In this document: piece by piece, positions 1-19,981 of the stretch | Numbering within the stretch: position 1 is the stretch's first letter | Layout: the number at the start of each line of letters is the position of its first letter | Origin: the human T2T-CHM13v2.0 reference genome, Homo sapiens | DNA length: 64,000 bases | Reading direction: 5' to 3' (one strand) | Assembly (NCBI RefSeq): GCF_009914755.1 | Contig: NC_060934.1 | Program-made: the position numbers and the translations under genes | Notes under the pieces: generated by a model | What the model saw: the letters and a program-made list of their open reading frames with translations, nothing else | What the model was told of the DNA's origin: nothing | Databases searched by the model: none

Positions 1-199
1 GGCAACATGACGAAACCCTGTCTTTACAAAAAAATGCAAAAATTAGCCAGGTGTGGCGACACAGGTCTGTGATCCCAGCTACTCCAGAGGCTATGGGACG
101 GGAGGACGGCTTGAGCCCAAGAGGTTGAGGCTGCAGTGGTGCACCTCTGCTTGTCAGCCGGGGCAACGGAGCAAGACCCCATCTCAAATAATAATAATG
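1..199 (+). mobile_element. AluJ-type SINE, cut by window edge
   Basis: End of left arm, A-rich linker, right arm with 'cttgagcccaagaggttgaggctgcagt', (TAA)n tail. Confidence 0.9.
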
Positions 200-767
200 A
201 TGTTCCCTGTGGCCCCAGATGGCCTCCATCTGTTACTTTTTCTACAACTGAAAGTTCCGGCCAAGACAGCCAAGGAGATAAGACATATCTACCATTGAGG
301 CCCAGCCCACCTGCTTGGCCCCAAGGCTCCACTCCAGTGCCCTAAACAGCAACCCTGGAGCCCCCTAATGCCCTGGAAGCCTCCCTTGACCCCTCACCCT
401 GTCTCAAACAATGACAGGTTCTCTCCCTCCAGCATCTTCCTACTCGAGACCTCTGGCTTCAGACCCTCTAGCCTGCACTTGTCCTTGTGCCTGGAATGAG
501 ACCTCAGGTGTCACTCAAGGCAGGCTCAGGCTGTCCCAGGGACACCTCTCCCATCACCCACCAATTCCCAACCTCTGACTTCTCCTCCTATACCCCCACC
601 TCCCCTGGACTGATGGAGCACTCAACAGTGCAGCCAAGCTCACCAAGCCCTCTGTGCTTCTCAGCACCTATTTAGCCTCCCCTGTGGCAGAGTCTGCTAC
701 ACCCTCTAATATCATTCACCCCCTTCTCCTTGATTTGATAGTTACTAATGAGACCCCTTATTTCTAG

Positions 768-1489
<722 letters not shown>

Positions 1490-2069
1490 GCTACAATCTC
1501 CTTTCTTCGGCCCGCTGCCTGGATTGCAGACATAATGGCAGGAGCTCAAGCATCCATTCTGGACCATGAGGTAGAAGCCTCTTTAAGGATGACAAAGCAA
1601 CAAGAGAGGAGCCTGCCTCCCTGATGATTGTACCTGCTCTAGGCTGTCCCTTGCGGGCTTTATTTATGTAAACAAACTCCTATCTTTATTAAGTTTTTGT
1701 TATCTTCAGTTTTCTGCTTCATTCCTAATCTTGTTAACAATGCTCAAGCCCCTATGTAATTTTTAATTTATTTCACACCCATTTACTGTTTTACTCCTTC
1801 CCTTTCTCTAAGAAGATGTCCTTCCTCTTCTTTGCAAGGCTTTGTGTATTTTCCTCCCCTTTGCAAGTTTAGCCACTAAACACTACTATGCTTTTGCTGA
1901 TCAGCTCCTGTGACTTTTAGGACAGGACTGATATTCTGTCTATTTTGGTTGTTTAATGCCTGCGTCCTTCACTTTGTTGAATTAATTATTTCCTAACTGC
2001 TATATCACCAGGAACCATCGGTGAATATTTTTAATATCACCGCTCTGGTACTTTGCTTTGTCAATTGTT

Positions 2070-2933
<864 letters not shown>

Positions 2934-3249
2934 TGATCCCCCAAATGGCTTCTGGAAAGTAGACAGTCAATTCCTTCTTGGTAAGTCCACCAGCACCTTC
3001 TGTTCCCTTTCACCTCTGGCACTGTTGGTTTGCTTCTCCTTTCTACAAGTCCTCCTCTCCCGCCCCCGCCTTTGGCATCAGTGACAGGGTGCCACTCCAC
3101 AGGGATGCTGAATATGCACCACACACGTCCCCACTGCCTGCTTCCTCATTCATGGCAGACATCACCAATAGACCTTGCCTCCTGAAGCCTTGTCAACTCG
3201 GTACTCCTCTGCTTTCAAAGTTGGCTCTTGGGTTAACATATTTGCTGTC

Positions 3250-3650
3250 TGTCTCAGATGGGGTTGCCTGGGAACCACAGTCTAAGGCTGAGATGAGCAG
3301 GCAGGAGTTTATTGGGGTATGTTCTCAGGATCACACCTGTGAGGCCGTGAGGGCAGCAAGATAGGGGAAACCAAACTGCGACAAGGTTGTTACATTGGCC
3401 TCAGCCCATACCGCGCTGCAGGGACGGTGCTGCAGAACGGCTGTCAACTGGGGTAAGGGGTGTGGGCCTTTAAAGCCCAAGATAATATGTCCCAGGGGAG
3501 GGAGTGTAAGCTTGGGTGAGGGGCTCCGTTGGCTGAGGGGAATTCCTGGAGATGGCACAATTGTGAGCCCTCAGCAGACGAGCCCATGGTGGAGAGACAG
3601 TGGGTGGCTTGGTCCTGAAAGAAGAAGCTATATAGTGAATTCCACCACCA
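3250..3650 (-). mobile_element. ERVL LTR (LTR16A-like)
   Basis: 'gcaggagtttattggggtatgttctcaggatcacacctgtgagg...ggcctcagccc' resembles antisense LTR16A; contains the antisense polyA signal 'tttatt'. Confidence 0.6.
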
Positions 3651-3694
3651 TACTCTGCTTGCTCTCAGTCATCCTTCTACTTCTCTGACCATTT

Positions 3695-3996
<302 letters not shown>

Positions 3997-4011
3997 GCCA
4001 TTTCTTTATAG

Positions 4012-4236
4012 CAAGCTTGTCCAACCCACGGCCTGCAGGTCACATGCAGCCCAGGACGGCTTTGAATGCAGCCCAACACACATTTATAAACTTTCTTAAA
4101 ACATTATGAGATTTTTTGTGTGTGATTTTTTTTAAGCTCATCAGTTATCATTAATGTTAGTGTATTCTATATGTTGCCCAAGACAATTTTTCTTCTTCCA
4201 GTATGGCTCAGGGAAGCCACAGAATGGACACCCCTG
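4012..4236 (-). mobile_element. MER30 (hAT-Charlie MITE)
   Basis: Ends 'caagcttgtccaa' and 'tggacacccctg'; degenerate 8-bp TSD ctttatag (4004-4011) / ctttacgg (4237-4244). Confidence 0.9.
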
Positions 4237-4474
4237 CTTTACGGAACACAAGGCCTTGGTCCTAGCCCAGTTTGCAATCTCTGTTCTCTCAAACTTCCGA
4301 CCTTGCCCTCCATCCCATGGTTCCACCTACTCTGCCCACATTCTCTAAGATTGTCTAAATAAGCTATGCAGCTCCACATTTATGTGCCTTATAAATACCC
4401 CCATCCCCTACCTCGAATTCTATTCCCTGCCTCTTTCTCTGGTAAACTCTTATTCATCCTTCAAAATCCATTTA

Positions 4475-4796
<322 letters not shown>

Positions 4797-5299
4797 CAGA
4801 TACTGCCAGAGGGAAACCTTTGCTATTTGCTATGCTTTAGGAATTGGTGGACACTTCCTCCTCACTGCTCCCTCTGGGATCTGTTCACATCTCAACAGCA
4901 TTTCTTATTTTGTCCTGTTATTTTTTTAGCAATACATTTATTGAGTGCCTGGTATATACCAGGCACTGTACCAAGGGCTGAAGACAGAGAAATGAAGCAC
5001 GCAGGCTGAGTGGAAAGGCCACACAAGAGGCTCGTTGTTATGTCCCCACTCCGGGGAAGCCAGATTGCTGGCCGGGCCCACAGCTCCATCAGGGCTCCTT
5101 GTACACACGTCCCATTCGGCACCCTGAGGCCCTGTCACCCGCTGGGCTGTGGGTGATCAGATTCCCAGTCAGTCTATTCTGAGAGCCGATCAGTGCATGG
5201 GATGCGGCCTGGCCCCACAGCTCTGTCCCCAGATGTTATTCCTATTGGACAGGCGGCCCCCATCAGCTGCTCTCTTGGGGAGAGCAGGAGCTGCCAAGA

Positions 5300-5615
5300 A
5301 GGCCTTGCATGAGCTGGTGAGTCAGCAGCAGCAGGGCAGTGGGGCAGGCCGGGAGCTGCTGAGTCACTGTAGCAGTCTGCAAGTTGGTGAGGTCAGAGCC
5401 CCTAGAGAATCTGATGAAAGCTGGGAACACTCTGCCAGAAAAATGCTCAGACACATTTTGCACTGACTTCAGGAGGCTCTCAGGCCTCAGCCACCCATCT
5501 GTGGATGTCAGAAGGAGAACCTTAGTAAACCCAAAGAGGGGAAGTGACTTAACTGCTCACAACACCAATAAATAATAGAACTGAGATCAGAGCCAGTTCT
5601 CCTGAGTCACAGTCC
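5300..5615. promoter_or_regulatory. Candidate enhancer: two CNC-sMaf (NRF2/BACH1/NF-E2) sites, an AP-1 site and a PU.1/ETS site
   Basis: GTGAGTCAGCA 5317-5327, TGCTGAGTCAC 5357-5367, AAAGAGGGGAAGTG 5533-5546, TGAGTCA 5603-5609; motif evidence only. Confidence 0.5.
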
Positions 5616-5912
5616 TGTCAATTTATCAGATTATGTCCCTGTGCCAGGCATCTATCAAAGCCTCCCTTTATTTCAAGGCCCAGCTGCATTTCACCTCCTG
5701 GGAAGCCCCCCTGCTTCCTCTAGCCTCAGGCACCTTTCTCCTTCTCTAAATTTCAGATGATTTGCTGCTAGAGCCCTTACTCTTGGGTGAACTTGGAGGG
5801 TGAAAAGAACAAAGACTAGATTAGATCAGTTGTTTCTGAGCCTGAAAAGGAAAGCAAGAACTGGGCTGTAATCAAACTGACCATGTTAGCATATCTTAAA
5901 ACCAAAGCTTCT

Positions 5913-6055
5913 TAGCTGGGCGTGGTGGTGTGGGCCTATAGTCCCAGCTACAGGAGGCTTAGGTGGGAGGATTGCTTGAGCTATGATTGACCCACTGCAC
6001 GCCAGCCTGGGCAACAGAGCAAGACACTGTCTCAATAATAATACTAATAATAATA
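5913..6055 (+). mobile_element. Alu right-arm/FRAM-type monomer, internally deleted
   Basis: 'agctgggcgtggtgg...ccactgcacgccagcctgggcaacagagcaagac' with (TAA)n tail. Confidence 0.8.
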
Positions 6056-6090
6056 ACTGGCATTAATTAGTTGCCTGTTAATATACCTGA

Positions 6091-7216
<1,126 letters not shown>

Positions 7217-7244
7217 AAGCCTCCAATTTTTAAATCAAAGGTTT

Positions 7245-7380
7245 GATTACTCCCATTTTACAGATGGGGAAACCAAGTCTCAGAGAGGCCGACTTGCCTA
7301 GGATGTCCCTGGTCCTGATAGAACCAGGATTCAAGCCCAAGATCATTTGGGGTCTGAAGTCTATGCAATGTTGTCTCCAT
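7245..7380 (-). mobile_element. MIR
   Basis: 'cccattttacagatggggaaaccaagtctcagaga...gacttgcctagg...aggattcaagcccaag' MIR core. Confidence 0.8.
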
Positions 7381-8269
7381 TGAGAATCAGAATTGCCCAA
7401 GGGAAGCAGACACGAAGTACAAAGATCCACCAGGCCACCGGGGGCTGATGCCATCGCACTCCACCTTTCCACATTCCCACTCCACATGCCTGAGCAGACG
7501 CTATGACTGACCAGTCTGATCTCAGAGGTGCAGTGTACTGCTCAGCTGTGCAGATAAATCTGTTAAGGTGACAGAGCTGTCCCCTGGGGTCAGCTTAGTC
7601 TTAAGGACTTAATCTGGTTTATGTATCAGACTCTTGTAAGTTTCTTCAGGAGCCTCACCCTGAAAACCTTAACCTTTTCTTTGGGCCAGGTAAACCAAGA
7701 TCCTTGGACCCCAGTGTCTTCATCAAGATTGTGACACCCTATGAAGACACTTCCCAATTGGCCCCTGGCCTCCACAATGACACCTATCCTAATCCTCAGG
7801 GCAGTGGACTGAGAACACGCTTGGCTCAGGCTGGACGTTTGTGTCTTAAATGACCTTGGACACAAGTGGGCTGGAATTAGGGCCTCTGAATCTTTAGGTT
7901 TTCTGGAGATTTCCATTATAAGTTATGATCCTGTCTTCAGAGTTTCTTTATCTTATTAGGAGTTTGACTGAGTCCTACTCTGAGTTCGAATTACCTCACC
8001 CAGGAACCCAACACCCAACCCAAACCTGAGAGCTTTGCTTATAGAGAGAGGACTGGCTTTCATGTCAGGGACCTGGAATCTCCTCCTTGATCTGCTTCTT
8101 GCTGGCTGAGTCACCTCTGGGGAGAACTTCACCTCCCCATACTTCAGTACGTGCATTACGAACATGGACGTAGTCTGGCAACTGGGAGGAGCTGTGCCCA
8201 CCGAAGGAATCATTGTGCCTTTAAGGGCATAAACCTGGTTTGAGATCAAATCCGTCCACTGAAACATTA

Positions 8270-9767
<1,498 letters not shown>

Positions 9768-9769
9768 CT

Positions 9770-9816
9770 CCTTCTCCTTCTTCTTCTTCTTCTTCTTCAT
9801 CTTCATCTTCATCTTC
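9770..9816. repeat. (TTC)n/(TCTTCA)n microsatellite
   Basis: Seen directly in the sequence. Confidence 0.9.
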
Positions 9817-10999
9817 TTTTTTTTAAAAAAAGAGGCAATAAAATATTTCTCTTAAGCAATCTAGCTTGAAAGTGTCCAGAGGAGGAGACGCTAAGGTCCA
9901 AATCCCGCTCTATCCCTTAGCTGTACCAACTGTGAGATCCTGCTGGGCACCAACCCTTGGTGTCCTCATTCAGAAGGTGGACAGCCCCTGGGCCTAGGCT
10001 GTTGTGAAAATGAGAGGAGGGCAGGGAGGAAATGCACCTGGCACTGGGCCTGCTGTGTGCTGGTCAGGATGCCATCAGCAGGAACAACAGGCGGAGGAGG
10101 CTGCAGGTGAATGATGGTGTTGGGGGAAGTTCTTTCCCTTTTATTTATTAAGAAGGGGAGGAGGGTTTCTTAATGGAGAAAGAAAGTGGGGAAACTATCC
10201 CAGAGCCTGTGCATCCCAGGGGACCTTTGTTCTCCAACCTCCCCTCTCCCAGCCCCACCCCCGCCATGGGCCTATATCTGCTCCACAAGCCCCCACAAGT
10301 GTAGTTACCTGGCAGCCCCATCCCCATGGTTGCCTCACCCCAGTGCTGGTAGCAGGACAAGGGGGCTGCCGAGGCTGGAGTGATGTCAATGCTGGGGGAG
10401 GAGAGAGACCCTCAGTCCACTGCCACCAACCCTGCCAACAGCAGTTGCTGAGGAGCGTGCTGTGCTGACTGTGGGCTGGGCTCTTGCTTCCCCTCATCTG
10501 CCCACAGTCCAGGTGTTCCCAGCATCCCCCCATCCCCTCCCCCGCCTGCCCAGCTGCTGAGCCAGTGTCTGACAACACCCAGACCCAAGATGTCAGAGCC
10601 TGTCCCCTGCATCCCAGCGGGAGCTGTTCCTGGACTCAGAGGCTGTGGTCTACAGAAAAGGCCCTGATAGGAGTCTGAGCTGGTTCCTAGTCCACACTCA
10701 TCACAACCAAGCTATGGGACTTTGGGCAAGGCACTGCGCCCCTCCGGTTGCGCTGTCCCCATCACCAATGTGACTGTGGGAGCCAGGGTACGGGTCATCC
10801 AGGCCCCACTCCATGGTAGCACAGTGGCCCTGGAGGCCAGTGCTTCTGGTGGTAGGTGTCCCAGATGATGCTGGCCATTTGCATGGGCTCTCTCTGGCCC
10901 TGGAAGGAGTGAGGGCAAGGGTTGGAACCCTACTGTGTGCGGGACTCTGTGCCCTCCATGTGCTCCACCTCATTTAAACTTCACCGACCCCATGGGTCC

Positions 11000-11345
11000 A
11001 GTGTGAATAAGTGGGCAGGCTCTTCCAGGCCTCATGGTCAGACAGTCTGGACTCATATCCCATCTCCACCATGGACTAGCTGAGTGACCCGGGCAGAATA
11101 TTTACCTTCTCTGTGCCTCAGTTTCCCCATCTATAAAATGAGGCCAAAATAGTACCTTTCTAACGGAGTAGTTGGGACAGACTGATTGAATACATGTCAA
11201 CTGGGTAGAACAGTGCCTGGCACACGTTAAGCCCACAATAAGGTTAACTGTTGTTATTACTAGTCCCATCTTATAAGGAACTTGGGGCTCAGGGAAGCTA
11301 AGTGGCTTGCCCAAGGACACACCGCTAGAAAATGGTGGGGCAGGG
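11000..11345. mobile_element. Two MIR fragments in opposite orientation
   Basis: 'ctgtgcctcagtttccccatctataaaatg...aacagtgcctggcaca' (+), then 'cccatcttataaggaacttggggctcagggaagctaagtggcttgcccaagg' (-). Confidence 0.75.
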
Positions 11346-11353
11346 CTTTCCAC

Positions 11354-11642
11354 TTTTTTTTTTTTTTTTTTTTTTTGAGACAGAGTCTTGCTCTGTCACC
11401 CAGGCGGGAGTGCAGTGGTGCCATCTTGGCTCACTGCAATCTCTGTCTCCAGGGTTCAAGCAATTCTCCTGCCTCAGCCTCCTGAGTAGCTGGGAGCACA
11501 GGTGTGAACCACCACGCCTGGCTAATGTTTGTATTTTTAGTAGAGACGGGGTTTTGCCACGATGCCCAGGCTGGTCTCGAACTCCTGACCTCAAGTAATC
11601 TGCCCCCCTCAGCCTCCCAAAGTACTGGGATTACAGACATGA
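11354..11642 (-). mobile_element. AluS
   Basis: Poly-T tail plus antisense Alu body. Confidence 0.93.
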
Positions 11643-11754
11643 AGTTGATGTTCCTTCCCACCACCCAGTACTGGACCCCTTAAAAAAAATCCTGAGATGA
11701 GCAGTGTGGTAAATGCTGATGGTCTCAGGAATGGCATTAAAAAATAATCATGTA

Positions 11755-12754
<1,000 letters not shown>

Positions 12755-13335
12755 TATTTGTTCACTATCAGTAACTGAGAAAATGCGGAAAAGCGGAAAA
12801 GAGACAAGTAAAAATATTTTTCCCTTCGGGGAAAACCCTTTCTTCTTTGGATAACTAAAAACCTGATCTCCTGCATGTTGTGAGACCTATCAAAGGGAGG
12901 TGGCCTTCACTCACCTTAAGCAAGGCTTGACGTTGTCCAAGGGCCCAGCAGGAGATATTGCCAGCACCCACCCTCCCCAGGGTAAACACAGCCCCTTCCA
13001 CTCCCTCCTGGGGCCTTCGGGCCCCACCTGGGGTCACAGCCTTGAGGATGCACACTGCAAGCCACAGCCTGCAGCTGCTTAGGTCATGTGTTTCAGTGAA
13101 TGCCAAGCCACAGGGCTCAGTCCTCCTCAGAATTGTCTGGGTCACCCAGAACACCCTATGTGAGCCATGTGATTCAGCGGGGTCACATGCTGAGCCACAG
13201 GCATTTGACTCCATGCCAAATGTCATCACTTCCAGAAAGTTAGCAAAAAATTATGGTGGCTCTGGTGTGGCAAGCACAGGGCAGGGCAAAGGAGACCGTC
13301 ACTCCGAGATACCAACACCTGTTAAAAGAGGATGA

Positions 13336-15447
13336 GCTGGGAGAAGCGGATTGCTTGAGCTCAGGAGTTCAAGGCAGCAAGGAGCTATAATCATGTTTTT
13401 TTTTTCTTTTTTTTTTTTATTGATCATTCTTGGGTGTTTCTCGCAGAGGGGGATTTGGCAGGGTCACAGGACAATAGTGGAGGGAAGGTCAGCAGATAAA
13501 CAAGTGAACAGAGGTCTCTGGTTTTCCTAGGCAGAGGACCCTGCGGCCTTCCGCAGTGTTTGTGTCCCTGGGTACTTGAGATTAGGGAGTGGTGATGACT
13601 CTTAAGGAGCATGCTGCCTTCAAGCATCTGTTTAACAAAGCACATCTTGCACCACCCTTAATCTATTCAACCCTGAGTGGACACAGCACATGTTTCAGAG
13701 AGCACAGGGTTGGGGGCAAGGTCACAGATCAACAGGATCCCAAGGAAGAAGAATTTTTCTTAGTACAGCACAAAATGAAAAGTCTCCCATGTCTACCTCT
13801 TTCTACACAGACACGGCAACCATCCGATTTCTCAATCTTTTCCCCACCTTTCCCCCCTTTCTATTCCACAAAACCGCCATTGTCATCATGGCCCATTCTC
13901 AATGATCTGTTGGGTACACCTCCCAGACGGGGTGGTGGCCGGGCAGAGGGGCTCCTCACTTCCCAGTAGGGGCGGCCGGGCAGAGGCGCCCCTCACCTCC
14001 CGGATGGGGCGGCTGGCCGGACGGATGGCTGACCCCCCCCACCTCCCTCCCGGACGGGGCGGCTGGCCGGGCAGAGGGGCTCCTCACTTCCCAGTAGGGG
14101 CGGCCGGGCAGAGGCGCCCCTCACCTCCCGGACGGGGCGGCTGGCCGGGCGGGGGGCTGATCCCCCCACCTCCCTCCCGGACGGGGAGGCTGGCCGGGCG
14201 GGGGGCTGACCTCCCCACCTCCCTCCTGGACGGGGCGGCTGGCCGGGCAGAAAGGCTCCTCTCTTCCCAGTAGGGGCGGCCGGGTAGAGGCGCCCCTCAC
14301 CTCCCGGACGGGGTGGCTGGCCGGGTGGGGGGCTGACCCCCCCACCTCCCTCCCAGACGGGGCAGCTGGCCGGGCGGGGGGCTGACCCCCCCACCTCCCT
14401 CCCGGACGGGGCGGCTGGCCGGGCAGAGGGTCTCCTCACTTCCCAGTAGGGGCGGCCGGGCAGAGGCGCCCCTCACCTCCCGGATGGGGCGGCTGGCCGG
14501 GCAGGGGGCTGACCCTCCCTACCTCCCTCCCGGACGGGGCGGCTGGCCGGGCGGGGGGCTGACTCCCCCACCTCCCTCCCGGACGGGGCGGCTGGCCGGG
14601 CGGGGGGCTGACCCCCACCTCCCTCCCAGACGGGGCGGCTGGCCTGGCGGAGACGCTCCTCACTTCCCAGACGGGGTGGCTGCCGGAGGGAGGGACTCCT
14701 CACTTCTCAGACGGTGCGGCTGCCGGGCGGAGGGGCTCCTCACTTCTCAGACGGGGTGGCCGGGCAGAGACGCTCCTCACATCCCAGACGGGGCAGCAGG
14801 GCAGAGGCGCTCCCCACATCTCAGACGATGGGCCGCCGGGCAGAGACGCTCCTCACTTCCTAGATGGGATGGCGGCCAGGCAGAGACGCTCCTCACTTCC
14901 CAGATGGGGTGGCGGCCGGGCAGAGGCTGCAATCTCAGCACTTTGGGAGGCCAAGGCAGGCTGCTGGGAGGTGGAGGTTGTAGCGAGCCGAGATCACGCC
15001 ACTGCACTCCAGCCTGGGCACCATTGAGCACTGAGTGAACGAGACTCCGTCTGCAATCCCAGCACCTCGGGAAGCCGAGGCTGGTGGATCACTCGTGGTT
15101 AGGAGCTGGAGACCAGCCCGGCCAACACAGCGAAACCCCGTCTCCACCAAAAAAATACGAAAACCAGTCAGGCGTGGCGGCGCGCGCCTGCAATCGCAGG
15201 CACTCGGCAGGCTGAGGCAGGAGAATCAGGCAGGGAGGTTGCAGTGAGCCGAGATGGCAGCAGTACAGTCCAGCTTCAGCTCTGCATCAGAGGGAGACCG
15301 TGGAAAGAGAGGGAGAGGAGGGAGAGGAGGGAGAGGAGGGAGAGGAGGGAGAGGGAGAGGGAGAGAGCTATAATCATGTTACTGCACTCCAGCTTGAGCA
15401 ACAGTGGGAGACCCAGTTTCTTAAGAAGAAAAAAAAAAAGGAAAAAG
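13336..15447 (+). mobile_element. Old Alu right-arm/FRAM-type monomer split by SVA #1 (pieces 13336-13397 and 15365-15447)
   Basis: 'ttgcttgagctcaggagttcaaggcagcaaggagctataatcatgtt' continues as 'actgcactccagcttgagcaacag' after the SVA. Confidence 0.85.
13398..15364 (-). mobile_element. Full-length SVA retrotransposon #1 (SVA_D-like)
   Basis: Poly-T, SINE-R ('gatcattcttgggtgtttctcgcagagggggatttggcagg'), ~1 kb GC-rich VNTR, Alu-like domain, (CCCTCT)n end; 16-bp TSD gagctataatcatgtt at 13382-13397 and 15365-15380. Confidence 0.97.
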
Positions 15448-15722
15448 TATCCCAGCACTTTGAGAGGTCGAGGCGGGCGGATCACAAGGTCAGAAGTTTG
15501 AAACCAGCCTGGCCAATATGGTGAAACCCCGTCTCTACTAAAAATACAAAAATTAGCTGGAAGTAGTGGCAGGCACCTGCAGTCCTAGGTACTCGGGAGG
15601 CTGAGGCAGGAGAATCGCTTGAACCCAGGAGGCGGAGATTGCAGTGAGCCAAGATCGCGCCTCTGCTCTCCAGCCTGGGCGACAGAGCAAGATTCCATCC
15701 CAGAAAAAAAAAAAGGAAAAAG
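15448..15722 (+). mobile_element. AluS, 5'-truncated
   Basis: Starts at 'atcccagcactttg'; right arm and A tail intact. Confidence 0.9.
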
Positions 15723-15890
15723 TTAATATTAAATACTAATTTTAAGTAACTATAAGTAATTACAACTATTTTCACTTTAAACATTAAGTAAAATAATATA
15801 AAATTAAATTAAAAATTTAACCTAAAAAATTTAAATTAAGTAAATGTTAATACTCATTAATCTAATTAAATTAATGAAAATCTGCAAAAA
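15722..15890. repeat. AT-rich low-complexity tract
   Basis: Almost entirely A/T. Confidence 0.8.
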
Positions 15891-15923
15891 CAAAGCAAAA
15901 AACCCTTAACCATGCCAGCACTC

Positions 15924-17277
<1,354 letters not shown>

Positions 17278-17778
17278 TCAAGAGGCTCCCCCAAGGTCAC
17301 CCAGCAAGAGGCTAGAGCTGGGACAAAACCCCCAAGTTTCTGACTCCCTGGGCAAGGCTTTTTCCACTGTTTTGGTCTTTGGCCATAGAGATAATCTGCT
17401 TAAAAAATTAACTTGGGATTTCATGTAATCACTGAGGCCTCAGAAGCCTTGCCCAAGGAAAGACGAGGAGGGTTTATTAAGCTTTGTTCTAGGAGTTACA
17501 GGGACAAGGCCACATAGCAGGGCTAGAAACTGATGTGTGCCACCCTCCTCCAGGCCAGTAGCAGCTTGTATTTCTAGAAAAGGCTTAATTTTCCAGGTCA
17601 GGGCAGGTCCCAGAAGGCACCTTCTGGGGATGCGGCTGGACCCCGTGACTCAGCTGATTCCACATTATTCTCTGTTTCCCTCCCCACTCAGGGTGACTCC
17701 CAGATTCTGGCCTCCCTTGGGCCTTCAGAGATGGAAGTGATCTTAGGTTGTTGGTGGGTCCTACAACCTATAGTGGAA

Positions 17779-18471
17779 AGGTGACCATCTAATTTTTTTT
17801 TTTTTTTTTTTGAGACAGAGTCTGGCCCTGTTGCCCAGGCTGGAGTGCAATGGCGCGATCTCGGCTCACTGCCAACATTCGCCTCCCAGGTTCAAGCAAT
17901 TCTCCTGCGTCAGCCTCCTGAGTAGTTGGGGTTACAGGTGTGCAACCACTTCCAGCTAATTTTTGTATTTTTAGTATAGATGGATTTCTTTTCTTTTTTT
18001 TTTTTTAGAAGGAATTTCGCCCTCTCACCCAGGCTGGAGTGCAGTGGCATGATCCAGTCTTGGCTCACTGCAACCTCCGCCTCCCGATCCAAGCGATTCT
18101 CCTGCCTCAGCCTCCCAAGTAGCTGGGATTACAAGTGCGCACCACCATGCCCGGCTAATTTTTTGTATTTTTTTAGTAGAGATGGGGTTTCACCATGCAG
18201 CCCAGGCTGGTCCCAAACTCCTGACCTCGTGATCCACCTGCCTCGGCCTCCCAAAGTGCTGGGATTACAGGCATGAACCACCACGCCCGGCCTGAGATAG
18301 GGTTTCACCATGTTGGCCAGGCTGGTCTCAAACTCCTGATTTCAGATGATCCACCCGTCTAGGCCTCCCAAAGTGCTGGGATTACAGGTGTGAGCCACCA
18401 TGCCCACTTGTGTCTAATTTATCATCCTCACCAGGACACTTTTGAGCATGGCCAGGGACATCTGGTCACCC
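17779..18471. mobile_element. MER94-like hAT-Blackjack MITE split by nested antisense Alus (outer ~17792-18408, inner ~17985-18292)
   Basis: Ends 'aggtgaccat' and 'tggtcaccc'; 'aatttatcatcctcaccaggacacttttgag' after the Alus. Confidence 0.65.
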
Positions 18472-19116
18472 AGCCACTGCTATCTCTGAGCATCATGACG
18501 GGTTGAAGAGTCAGTGAGCCGGCGGTTGAGGACCCACTGTGCTTGGGTCCCATACCTGATGAGAAAGAAGGGCCCAAGTCCCAGGCCTGCAAAACCACAG
18601 CCCTAGAAGGAGTGAGAGCACACAGCCAGCATGACCCAGGAAACTAGAACTGAAACCCTCAAAGCTGAAAGGTCTAGATGACTGTCCTTACTGTCCCAAC
18701 GGGGAGCACACAGCTCTGAAAGGCCAAGGGCCTTGCCCAAGGTTACCCCCCGAGAAGATCAGAGACTCAAACCCAGGTTCCCAACTCTCAGCTCAGTGTG
18801 CGCTGTGCCACCGGTTCCCTTTCATCTGCAAACCCCCTGCCTATCTGGAAGGTGTGCACACAGCCTGGAAGCTTGTTATACTGGATTGTAAAAATTGTTC
18901 CTTGCCCTGGACTGGTGTGTGGCTTTGTTTGTGTGTGGCTTCCTAATCCTGCAGCCCCTGTGGGTGGGGAGGTCCCCTTTGCAAATAAGCGTGCCAGGCT
19001 CCAGAACCCAGGGAGAAGGCAAATATTTCCTGAACTAAACCTGCTCTCAGCACTTCCACTACTACTACCCCAGTCCAGGCCACCATCATCTCCCAGGTGG
19101 CCTCAGTGGCCTCTAA

Positions 19117-19596
<480 letters not shown>

Positions 19597-19981
19597 CCCC
19601 CGTGTCCCCTTTCTTGGTATCCTGCCACCTCACACAAGAAAGGCACAACTCCCGCCCAACTGGGCCTTCCATGGGGCAGTGCCCTGTGAACAACCTCCTA
19701 CCCCCAGTAGGTAGTTAGAGAGGTACCTGGAGGCAGAGCCTGTTCTCAGCACACTATGAGGGCAGGAACCAGGGTCACACTCCTTTGGCCCAGATAAGGC
19801 TCAGAAGTGAGAACGTTGTCATGGGGCCACACCCTTATTTGAATTTCAAACATGAAGCCAGGGTTTTCTGACAGAAAGAAAGTCTTGTCTTGCTTGACTG
19901 TGTTGATGGGGCGTGATGTGGCAGGCATTCTTCTTAAAGGGACTAAATGTGTAGCCCCAGTTTTGTGTGGAAAAAATATTT

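Noticed and set aside
13930-14920. GC-rich tandem array that superficially resembles a CRISPR or a CpG island
   Set aside because: It is the SVA VNTR: tandem units without unique spacers, in a eukaryotic context.
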